Positions 36,565-44,599 of a stretch of 64,000 nucleotides of DNA are shown one piece after another; position 1 is the stretch's first letter; each line of letters starts with the position of its first letter. The notes beneath the pieces are model-generated. The model made no database searches. It was not told where the DNA came from and saw only the letters and a list, made by a program, of their open reading frames with translations. The DNA comes from an uncultured Marinobacterium sp. (GTDB lineage: Bacteria; Pseudomonadota; Gammaproteobacteria; Pseudomonadales; Balneatricaceae). The position numbers and the translations under genes are program-made. The DNA is taken from assembly GCA_963677795.1 (NCBI GenBank), contig OY782520.1, positions 2,516,171 through 2,580,170 on the forward strand, given 5' to 3'.

Positions 36565-36620
36565 GCGTATTTGGGAATGCGTATTTGGGAATGCGTATTT
36601 GGGAATGCGTATTTGGGAAT
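36565..36620. repeat. 14-bp VNTR (GCGTATTTGGGAAT)x4 with a degenerate upstream copy
   Basis: Four exact copies at 36565, 36579, 36593 and 36607; degenerate gcgtgttttgaatc at 36551. Confidence 0.95.
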
Positions 36621-36640
36621 GAGTGTACCGAGGGGCCGAT

Positions 36641-37669
36641 ATGCGAGTGCTGGGCATAGAAACATCCTGTGACGAAACCGGTGTGGCGCTGTACGACAGT
36701 GAGCAGGGCTTGCTGTCCGATGCGCTGTACAGCCAGGTCAAGATGCACGCCGAATACGGTGGTGTGGTGCCGGAGCTGGCATCCCGCGACCATGTACGCA
36801 AACTGCTGCCGTTGATCCGTGAAGTGATGACCAAGGCTGACCTGCAGCTGTCGGATGTGGATGCTGTCGCCTATACCGCCGGCCCAGGCCTGATCGGTGC
36901 GCTGATGGTCGGTGCCTCTACCGGGCGGGCGCTGGCGCTGGGGCTCGGTGTGCCGGCGGTGAGTGTACACCACATGGAAGGCCACCTGCTGGCGCCGATG
37001 CTGGAAGACAATCCGCCGTCCTTCCCCTTCGTGGCCCTGCTGGTGTCCGGCGGTCACACCCAGTTGGTCAGCGTTAAAGGTATCGGCCAGTACGAGCTGC
37101 TGGGCGAGTCGCTGGATGATGCGGCGGGCGAGGCGTTCGACAAGGCCGCCAAGATGCTGGGGTTGGACTACCCGGGCGGGCCACTGATCGCCAAGTTGGC
37201 ACAGCAGGGCAATCGTGAACGCTACCGTTTCCCGCGGCCGATGACCGATCGCCCCGGGCTCGACTTCAGCTTTTCGGGGCTGAAAACCTTTACCCTGAAC
37301 ACCGCCAATGACGCCCGAGATGCCGACGGCACTATTGACCCCCAGACCATGGCCGATATCGCCTGTGCCTTCGAGGATGCGGTGGTCGATACCCTGGCGA
37401 TCAAGTGCCGTCGTGCGCTGCAGCAGACCGGCATGAAGCAGCTGGTGATCGCCGGTGGTGTCAGTGCCAATCAGCGTTTGCGCGAGCGCCTGGCCGAGGT
37501 GGTGAAGAAGGAGCGGGCCGGTCTGTTCTATGCGCGTCCCGAATTCTGCACCGACAATGGCGCCATGATTGCCTATGCCGGCTGTCAGCGCCTGCTCGCC
37601 GGCCAGCACGCTGACCTGACTATTCTGGCGCGGCCGCGCTGGCCGCTGGATACGCTGGACGCGATTTAA
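36641..37669 (+). CDS. tsaD: tRNA t6A biosynthesis protein TsaD (start ATG 36641)
   Basis: [36 protein letters not shown]. Confidence 0.98.
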   Translation: MRVLGIETSCDETGVALYDSEQGLLSDALYSQVKMHAEYGGVVPELASRDHVRKLLPLIREVMTKADLQLSDVDAVAYTAGPGLIGALMVGASTGRALALGLGVPAVSVHHMEGHLLAPMLEDNPPSFPFVALLVSGGHTQLVSVKGIGQYELLGESLDDAAGEAFDKAAKMLGLDYPGGPLIAKLAQQGNRERYRFPRPMTDRPGLDFSFSGLKTFTLNTANDARDADGTIDPQTMADIACAFEDAVVDTLAIKCRRALQQTGMKQLVIAGGVSANQRLRERLAEVVKKERAGLFYARPEFCTDNGAMIAYAGCQRLLAGQHADLTILARPRWPLDTLDAI

Positions 37670-37676
37670 CGGTTGG

Positions 37677-38249
37677 CTAGAAGCGGTGCTCGCGGCCCGC
37701 GATCAGCTTGCGAATATTGCTGCTGTGTCTGAGCACCAGCAGCAGCGAGGTGATGATGAAGGGCCAGAGCAGTGCCGGCGTGAGCAGGTAGCAGAACAGC
37801 GGCGTGACCGCCGCGGTGGCGATGGAGGCCAGTGACGACATCCGGCCGAACAGGAACACCAGCCCCCAGAACAGCAGCTGACACAGCGCCAGCGGCCAGG
37901 ACAGCAGCAGCGAGCAGCCCAGTGTGGTGGCGACGCCCTTGCCGCCTCTGAGGCTGCTGAAAAAGGGGAACAGGTGGCCGCAAACGGCGGCCAGCATGAC
38001 CCAGCCCTGCAGCAGTGCCGAGGCGCCGATGTTGATCGCCAGCAACACGGCGGCGGCCCCTTTGCCCAGATCAGCCAGCAGGGTCAGTCCGGCGGCCTGG
38101 GGGCCTCCCATGCGCAGCACGTTGGTTGCGCCGGGGTTACCTGAGCCCTGGTTGCGCGGGTCTTCCAGTCCCATGGCGCGGCAGATCAGCACAGCGCTGG
38201 GAATGGATCCCATCAGGTAGGCACACAACAGCAACAGGTAATCGGGCAT
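37677..38249 (-). CDS. plsY: glycerol-3-phosphate acyltransferase PlsY
   Basis: GSGNPGATN, GGKGVAT, HSSNI. Confidence 0.95.
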   Translation of the reverse strand: MPDYLLLLCAYLMGSIPSAVLICRAMGLEDPRNQGSGNPGATNVLRMGGPQAAGLTLLADLGKGAAAVLLAINIGASALLQGWVMLAAVCGHLFPFFSSLRGGKGVATTLGCSLLLSWPLALCQLLFWGLVFLFGRMSSLASIATAAVTPLFCYLLTPALLWPFIITSLLLVLRHSSNIRKLIAGREHRF

Positions 38250-38420
38250 GCAGGCGTCCGTTACATAGAGTCCGTTATAAAAGGTCCGTTACACATGCCA
38301 GCCGTGACGATGTGCTGTCTGCAGCTGGCATGATAAATTGACAGGCACCTTCAACAAGCATATACAAGCGCGCAGCGGGGCTCAAACGGCCCGGCCGCAA
38401 CCGCACAGACAGGAGACAGG

Positions 38421-38777
38421 ATGGATATCGTTTATATACGTGAGCTGCAGGTCGAAACCGTGATCGGCATCTATGACTGGGAGCGGGAAGTACGTCAGAC
38501 CGTCAGCCTGGACCTGGAAATGGGTACGGATATCCGTGCCGCTGCGGCTACCGAAGATATCGACAGCACCCTGAACTACAAGACGGTGGCCAAGCGTCTG
38601 ATCGCCTTCATCGGCGAGAGCGAATTCCTGTTGGTGGAAACCATGGCGGAAGAGATCGCCCAGATCGTTCAGGCCGAGTTCAATGTGCCCTGGCTGCGTC
38701 TGCGACTAAGCAAGCCCGGTGCCGTGCGCGGTGCCCGTGATGTGGGCGTGATCATCGAACGGGGGTCCAAGGGCTGA
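38421..38777 (+). CDS. folB: dihydroneopterin aldolase
   Basis: IGIYDWER, LLVETMAE, KPGAV...VGVIIER. Confidence 0.96.
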   Translation: MDIVYIRELQVETVIGIYDWEREVRQTVSLDLEMGTDIRAAAATEDIDSTLNYKTVAKRLIAFIGESEFLLVETMAEEIAQIVQAEFNVPWLRLRLSKPGAVRGARDVGVIIERGSKG

Positions 38778-39304
38778 TGACGCAGGTCTATCTCAGCCTG
38801 GGCAGCAACCGTGAGCGTGAGCGTTACATTTGCGCCGCGCTCGATGCGCTGTCGGCGCGTTTTGGCAAGCTGCTGATCTCCTCGGTCTATGAAAGCGAGT
38901 CGGTGGGTTTCAAGGGCAGCAATTTCTACAACCTGGTGGTCGGTATCGACACTGATCTGGAGGTGGCGGAACTGTCGGCCTGCCTGAAGGGGATTGAGGA
39001 CGACAACGGCCGTGACCGCAGTGGCCCGCGTTTCAGTGGTCGTACGCTGGACATCGATATCCTGACCTATGGTGAGCTGCAGCAGCCGGTGGCGGGCGTG
39101 CAGCTGCCGCGGGAGGAGATCCTGCATAACGCCTTTGTACTGCAACCGTTGGCGGAAGTCGCCCCGGATGTCTGTCACCCGGTGTTGGGGGAGTCTTACG
39201 CTCAGCTCTGGCAGAAGTACGACCGCCAGCAGAAGCTTTGGCCGATCAATTTCGATTGGCAGGGGCGGCGCATTTCGCAGGCCGGCTCCGGTAATAAAGA
39301 GTAG
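38777..39304 (+). CDS. folK: HPPK
   Basis: YLSLGSN, RTLDIDIL, FVLQPLAE. Confidence 0.95.
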   Translation: MTQVYLSLGSNRERERYICAALDALSARFGKLLISSVYESESVGFKGSNFYNLVVGIDTDLEVAELSACLKGIEDDNGRDRSGPRFSGRTLDIDILTYGELQQPVAGVQLPREEILHNAFVLQPLAEVAPDVCHPVLGESYAQLWQKYDRQQKLWPINFDWQGRRISQAGSGNKE

Positions 39305-39323
39305 TAACAGAGCCTAACAGGGG

Positions 39324-40061
39324 CTAGCTGTAGAGCGAGCGTCCGCCATCCACGGCCAAAACCTGGCCGGTGACATACCCCGCCTGGGCGAGATACAGCA
39401 CCGCCTCGGCGATATCGTCCGGTCGCCCGGTACGCGCCAGCAGTGTTTTATCCACCACCGCCTGACGTGCGCCTTCGCTCAAGGCGGCCTCGGCTTCCGG
39501 CCAGAGGATCGGTCCCGGCGCGATGCCGTTGACACGCACCCTGGGGGCGAGTTCCCGTGCCAGTGACAGCGTCATCATCTTCAGTCCCGCCTTGGCGATC
39601 GAATAGACCGGGTAGCCGGTCAGTCCCCGCTCTGCGTGCACATCGACCAGATTGATTACATTGCCTTGCGAGTCCTGCAGCAGCGGGTAGAGCGCCTGGG
39701 TCAGAAAGAAGGGCGCACGCAGGTTGCTGTTGATCAGCGCATCCCAGTCCTGCTGGCTGACGGAGTCGATCGGCGTCGGGTAGAAGCTGGACGCATTGTT
39801 GACCAGCAGCTTTAGCCCGCCTGAAACCTTCACTTCGTCTGCCAGTCTTGTCACTTGCTCCATCTGTTCCAGATCCGCCTGCAGGCAGCGGCAGCTGTCC
39901 GGCCGGAGGCTGTTCAGCTCGTCACGCAGCTGCTCCGCATCAGTGGCCGAGTGGCGGTAGTGCAGCAGCAGCTCATAGCCGGCCGCATGCAGCTGGCGGG
40001 CGATGCAGGCACCGATGCGGCGGGCGGCGCCGGTGATCAGGGCACGCGGGGCCTGGCTCAT
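39324..40061 (-). CDS. folM: pteridine reductase (FolM-like SDR)
   Basis: TGAARRIG, LVNNASSF, YSIAKAG, RVNGIAPG. Confidence 0.88.
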   Translation of the reverse strand: MSQAPRALITGAARRIGACIARQLHAAGYELLLHYRHSATDAEQLRDELNSLRPDSCRCLQADLEQMEQVTRLADEVKVSGGLKLLVNNASSFYPTPIDSVSQQDWDALINSNLRAPFFLTQALYPLLQDSQGNVINLVDVHAERGLTGYPVYSIAKAGLKMMTLSLARELAPRVRVNGIAPGPILWPEAEAALSEGARQAVVDKTLLARTGRPDDIAEAVLYLAQAGYVTGQVLAVDGGRSLYS

Positions 40062-41194
40062 GCGTCGGGCTCCTGGTAGTCGGCACAGAGCTGTTGCTGG
40101 CGTCGGGCCAGTGCTTCGCCCAGCGCCTTACCCTTGAAGCCCTCGGCCATCAGGGCGCGGCTGTCGATCGCCTTGAAGGCGTCAAGCAGCTGGGCCAGAC
40201 TGGCCAGGCGCTCGGCGGCTTGTGCCGGATTGATCGCCTGAGCGATCGCGACCAGGTCCGTCAGCTGCTCCGGACGGCGCAGCAGGTCGAGCCCCTTGAG
40301 CAATGCCAGACGTTGTTCGGCGTCCAGCTGGTCGAAGCGGCTTAGTGAAACGGCATGTAGACGGGTTTTCAGCGCCAGGTCGCGGAAGCGGTTGGGGATG
40401 CGCAGCTGCTCACAGAGTTCGCTGATCGTGGTTTGTGCGTGGGCATCATCCTGCTGTTCGGTCAGGGCCCAGATCAACAGCGCGAACACCCGCTCGGCCG
40501 AATGGGGAGCGTTGCCGGGCAGCTGCTCGATCAGCTGCTGCAGTCGGTCGCAGTCGAGTGCCTGGCTGTCGGGGATCAGTTTGGGCAGGGCTGCTACCTG
40601 CTGCAGCAGGCGGAAGAACTGCGCCGGTGATTGCGTTGCCAGCGCGCGCTGACATTCCTGCCAGACCCGCTCCGGGGTCAGGTGGTCCAGTTCGTCGCCG
40701 GCGCTCAGTTCGCGCATCAGCGCCAGGGTTTCGTCGGCGACCTCGAAGCCCAGGTGGGCGAAACGGGCGTAGAAACGGGCTACGCGCAGTACGCGCAGGG
40801 GGTCTTCGACAAAGGCCGGTGACACATGGCGCAGCAGGCGCTGCTCCAGGTCGCGGCGACCGCCCCAGGGATCGTGCAGCTCGCCGTCCTCGCTCTGGGC
40901 GATGGCGTTGATGGTCAGGTCGCGGCGGACCAGGTCATCCTCGAGCGTGACCTCGGGGCTGGCGTGGAAGGTGAAACCGGTATAGCCCTTGCCGCTCTTG
41001 CGCTCGGTGCGGGCGAGGGCGTATTCCTCGCCGCTGTCCGGGTGCAGGAAGACCGGGAAGTCCTGGCCCACCGGCTTGAAACCGCGCGCCAGCATCTCGT
41101 CAGGCGTAGCGCCGACCACGACCCAGTCGTGGTCCTTGACCTCGAGCCCGAGCAGGCGATCACGGACTGCGCCGCCGACCAGATAGATCTCCAT
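40058..41194 (-). CDS. cca: CCA tRNA nucleotidyltransferase (start ATG 41194)
   Basis: YLVGGAVRD, DHD, EDDLVRRDLTINA, EDPLRVLR. Confidence 0.95.
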   Translation of the reverse strand: MEIYLVGGAVRDRLLGLEVKDHDWVVVGATPDEMLARGFKPVGQDFPVFLHPDSGEEYALARTERKSGKGYTGFTFHASPEVTLEDDLVRRDLTINAIAQSEDGELHDPWGGRRDLEQRLLRHVSPAFVEDPLRVLRVARFYARFAHLGFEVADETLALMRELSAGDELDHLTPERVWQECQRALATQSPAQFFRLLQQVAALPKLIPDSQALDCDRLQQLIEQLPGNAPHSAERVFALLIWALTEQQDDAHAQTTISELCEQLRIPNRFRDLALKTRLHAVSLSRFDQLDAEQRLALLKGLDLLRRPEQLTDLVAIAQAINPAQAAERLASLAQLLDAFKAIDSRALMAEGFKGKALGEALARRQQQLCADYQEPDA

Positions 41195-41511
41195 CAGCGC
41201 TCGCAACGGTCCGGGCACTGGGCGCGCCAGGCTTCGAAGCCGCCATCCAGGCTGTAGACCTCATCGAAGCCCTGATGGGCCAGGTAGGCGGCCGCGGACT
41301 GGCTGCTGATGCCGTGGTAGCAGCAGACGATCAGCGGTTTGTCGAAATCGGCCTGGCCGACGTACTCGGGCAGGTTGTGGTTGTTCAGGTTGTAGGCGTT
41401 GCTGATATGCAGTTCGGCGTAGCTGCCCTCGTCACGGATATCGACGATCTGGGCGCCCTGGTCGATCAGCTCACAGGCCTGTTCGGTGTTGATACAGCGA
41501 TAATCGGTCAA
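41194..41511 (-). CDS. glpE: thiosulfate sulfurtransferase GlpE
   Basis: Rhodanese, CYHGISSQ. Confidence 0.93.
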   Translation of the reverse strand: MTDYRCINTEQACELIDQGAQIVDIRDEGSYAELHISNAYNLNNHNLPEYVGQADFDKPLIVCCYHGISSQSAAAYLAHQGFDEVYSLDGGFEAWRAQCPDRCER

Positions 41512-41514
41512 AAC

Positions 41515-42336
41515 TCATTCTCCGGGTGTGCGGTTGCCGGGGCAGGGCTGGCTGAACCAGCTGCCGTCCTCCAGTCTAACGGCTGTCAGGGCATTTCCCC
41601 AAACGCAGCCGCTGTCCAGTGCGGTGATGCCTGGCAGTTGCTTGAAGCCGAGCGCGGCCCAGTGGCCAAACAGCTGGTGACGTTTCAGCGGCTTTTTGCG
41701 CGGCTGGTCGAACCAGGGCAGAAAGCCCTTGGGCGCCGTATCCAGACCGCCGTTGGCCTTGAACTCCAGGGTGCCGTCGGCCTTGATGAAGCGCATGCGG
41801 GTGAAATAGTTGGTGATCACTCTGAGGCGGTCGATGCCGGTCAGCTCATCATGCCAGCAGTCCGGCTGGTTGCCGTACATCTGCTGGAAAAACTCGGGGG
41901 CATCGGCGTGCTGCAGGGCTTGCTCCAGCTCCTGCGCATACTGGCGGGCCTGTTTCAGCGTCCAGACATGTGGGATGCCGGCGTGGGTCATCACGTAGCC
42001 AAGCGTTTTGTCGTCATGCAGTAGCGGGCGTGATTGCAGCCAGTGCAGCAGTTCGTCCCGGTCGGAGGCTGCCAAAATGGGTGCCAGCGTCGGGTCCAGT
42101 TTGCGGCTGTTGCCGTGGTGCAGGGCGAGCAGGTGCAGGTCGTGGTTGCCGAGAACCGTGATGGCGCGGTCACCCAGCTGTTGGACGAAACGCAGGGTCT
42201 CCAGCGAGCGGGGGCCGCGGTTGACCAGGTCGCCGGTCAGCCAGAGCCGGTCATCGCTGTTGAAGTCGATCTGCTCCAGCAGTCGCATAAGCTCGTCATA
42301 ACAGCCCTGAATGTCACCGATCGCATATGTCGCCAT
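41515..42336 (-). CDS. apaH: symmetrical bis(5'-nucleosyl)-tetraphosphatase ApaH (start ATG 42336)
   Basis: GDIQGC, GDLVNRG, LGNHD, FGHWAAL, LDSGCVWG. Confidence 0.96.
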   Translation of the reverse strand: MATYAIGDIQGCYDELMRLLEQIDFNSDDRLWLTGDLVNRGPRSLETLRFVQQLGDRAITVLGNHDLHLLALHHGNSRKLDPTLAPILAASDRDELLHWLQSRPLLHDDKTLGYVMTHAGIPHVWTLKQARQYAQELEQALQHADAPEFFQQMYGNQPDCWHDELTGIDRLRVITNYFTRMRFIKADGTLEFKANGGLDTAPKGFLPWFDQPRKKPLKRHQLFGHWAALGFKQLPGITALDSGCVWGNALTAVRLEDGSWFSQPCPGNRTPGE

Positions 42337-42434
42337 GGAGTTCCCTGTGTTTGAAATGGGGCGATGATAGCCCAGCCGGGTGGCGAGAGTGAATCTCTTG
42401 CGCAGGCGTGGAGAGCGCTTCTGCGTTGCGGTGC

Positions 42435-42459
42435 AAAAAAAGAGGCCCCGAAGGGCCCC
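42435..42459 (-). terminator. intrinsic terminator after porin gene
   Basis: GGGGCCC-TTCG-GGGCCTC-T7 on the minus strand. Confidence 0.75.
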
Positions 42460-42529
42460 GAAATAACGTCGTATGTTGAGAGAACTGGAGCCCTCCCCGT
42501 ATCCATTAAGGGAGGGGCCGAGGAGCGCT

Positions 42530-43177
42530 TTAGATGTCGAATGTCTTGCTGATGGTGAATACGAACTCGGAGTCTTTTTTACCGTCGCCGTCGAGCTCTT
42601 CATCAAGCTGCTTGATGAAGGCCAGGCTCATGTCCAAGCCCTGGACGGTGGTGCCGTAGCCGGCTTCAACATAGTCCCCGTCGTAGTCTTCACCGAACAG
42701 GCCGTAGGTCAGGTAGGCGCCTTCATACTCGCCGGTCAGGCTGAAAAAGGTGTAGTCGGCATCGTCACCAGAGCCATCGACGTTTTCGCGACCCAGTACG
42801 AAATCGGCACTGAGGAACTTGTAACCACCGCTCAGGATCAGTTCATGGTAGTCGGAGGCGTCATCGGTGGTATAGAAGTAGCCGGCATAGCCTACGCCGT
42901 AGCTGAAATCTTCATACTCGCCGGCGTAACCGCCATAGAGGTCATATTCAAGCTCGGCATCATCCAGCTGAGCGCCCCAGGTACCCACGTAGAAGCCGTT
43001 GCCGAAGTCGTAGTCGGCCCCGGCCATCAGGCTGGCGTTGTTGGCAGTCTGGTCAATGCCGCGGAACCAGTAGTCGCTCATGGCGCCGACATTGACCGAC
43101 AGTTCGGCACTGGCAGCAGCAGACGCGGTCAGCAGGCCGGCAGCGATCAGGCTTTTAGTGAATTTTTTCATCATCAT
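42530..43177 (-). CDS. TorF/TIGR02001-like outer-membrane beta-barrel protein
   Basis: Signal peptide, SDYWFRGIDQT, GFYVGTWG, ELDYDLY-like motif (ELEYDLYGGY), C-terminal strand FTISKTF. Confidence 0.8.
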   Translation of the reverse strand: MMMKKFTKSLIAAGLLTASAAASAELSVNVGAMSDYWFRGIDQTANNASLMAGADYDFGNGFYVGTWGAQLDDAELEYDLYGGYAGEYEDFSYGVGYAGYFYTTDDASDYHELILSGGYKFLSADFVLGRENVDGSGDDADYTFFSLTGEYEGAYLTYGLFGEDYDGDYVEAGYGTTVQGLDMSLAFIKQLDEELDGDGKKDSEFVFTISKTFDI

Positions 43178-43232
43178 CCCCTTTCTATTTTATGCTCAGC
43201 AAACAGCAAATGCAGTTTGTTGCTGTGCATAT

Positions 43233-43248
43233 AGCTAGAGCTGTGCCA
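43233..43248 (-). promoter_or_regulatory. sigma54 -24/-12 promoter of porin gene
   Basis: TGGCACAGCTCTAGCT: GG-N10-GC with TGGCAC, about 55 nt upstream of the start codon. Confidence 0.6.
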
Positions 43249-43376
43249 TGATTTATAAATCCCTTTGTTTACAGTGTGTTATGTTGTTTTTTTGGGCTGG
43301 CTGGCCGTAGTGCTGTGCACCACCGCAGGGCGTGGGGCCCCATCAGGAAGCGCAGGCTGAATCAACAGAGGTGAAG

Positions 43377-43898
43377 ATGAATCTGGCGCAGAGTTTCGAG
43401 CCGGTATGGCAGCCGGAATGCCGTGTGCTGGTACTGGGATCAAGCCCGGGCGTGGCGTCGTTACAGGCGCAACGGTACTACGCGCACCCGCGGAATGCCT
43501 TCTGGCCCATCATGGGGCGTCTGTTTGGCTTTGATCCCGGTCTTGAATACGATCAACGGCTTGAATGCCTGAAAGCCGCGGGTGTGGCGCTCTGGGATGT
43601 CGCCCACCTGTGTGAACGCCCCGGCAGTCTCGATGCCAATATCCGCCAGCACTCGGTGGAACCCAATGATATCGATTGGCTGGTGCGGCAGCTGCCGGAT
43701 CTTCAGCTGATTGTCTTTAATGGTGGCACGGCTGAACGGCTCTACAAGCGCCATTTCAAGTCGCAGCACGCGGTGCAACGACTGCTGATGCCATCGACCA
43801 GCCCGGCCCATGCGGCTCTGTCACTGGAGCAGAAAGCGGAGCGCTGGCAAACGTTGTTACCCTTTCTTCATATCCATGGGCCTGAATCGATGGCATGA
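43377..43898 (+). CDS. DNA-deoxyinosine (hypoxanthine) glycosylase, UDG family 6
   Basis: LGSSPGVASL...YYAHPRNAFW, LWDV, FNG, PSTSPA. Confidence 0.85.
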   Translation: MNLAQSFEPVWQPECRVLVLGSSPGVASLQAQRYYAHPRNAFWPIMGRLFGFDPGLEYDQRLECLKAAGVALWDVAHLCERPGSLDANIRQHSVEPNDIDWLVRQLPDLQLIVFNGGTAERLYKRHFKSQHAVQRLLMPSTSPAHAALSLEQKAERWQTLLPFLHIHGPESMA

Positions 43899-43914
43899 GC
43901 ACGGGTGTTTTTCT

Positions 43915-44367
43915 TTAAATGCCCGCGTCGCGCACGTTTTCCATCACCACAAAGGTACTGGTCTGCAGCACATGGGGCAGGGCCGAGATCTGCTCGCCCA
44001 GCACCGTGCGGTACTCTTCCATGCTGCGGGTACGGACCTTGAGCAGGTAATCGAAATTGCCCGCGATCATATGGCACTGCTCGACGGCTGAAATCTTGCG
44101 CACCGCCGTATTGAACGCGGCCAGTGCAGCGCTGCTGGTGTCGTTGAGGGTTACCTGGGCGAACGCGATATGGTTCAGCCCCAGTTTGGTGTGATTGACC
44201 AGTGCGGTATAACCCATCAGGTAACCCTGTTCCTCCAGGCGCTTCATGCGAATCTGGCAGGGAGTTTTGGATAGGCCTACCCGCGATGCCAGCTCGGTCA
44301 CTGTGATGCGGGCGTTCTGCTGTAGCTCGGCAATGATGGCATGATCCAGTCTATCCAAATCGACCAT
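43915..44367 (-). CDS. putR: Lrp/AsnC regulator, probable PutR
   Basis: LDRLDHAIIAELQQNARIT..LA.RVGLSKTPC HTH; CHMIAGNFDYLLKV; lies in a cluster with putA. Confidence 0.75.
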   Translation of the reverse strand: MVDLDRLDHAIIAELQQNARITVTELASRVGLSKTPCQIRMKRLEEQGYLMGYTALVNHTKLGLNHIAFAQVTLNDTSSAALAAFNTAVRKISAVEQCHMIAGNFDYLLKVRTRSMEEYRTVLGEQISALPHVLQTSTFVVMENVRDAGI

Positions 44368-44599
44368 AATATCGTCTCTTGTATCTCAAATTATCTTTTA
44401 CGCTATTTAAATAGAGGTCATATCCCTCTGTTTGTCGAGTATATAGGGAATATGTCTTCGTGACTCTCAATATACTAGTGCCAGCATTCCGGCTCGGGGC
44501 GGGACTGGGTATCGAGGTGATGGCATGGGCCTGGGTGCCGCCTCGGCCGGGTGTGTTGAAAACACCTACACACCGAAGTACAGCACCCTGGGGGGAGCC

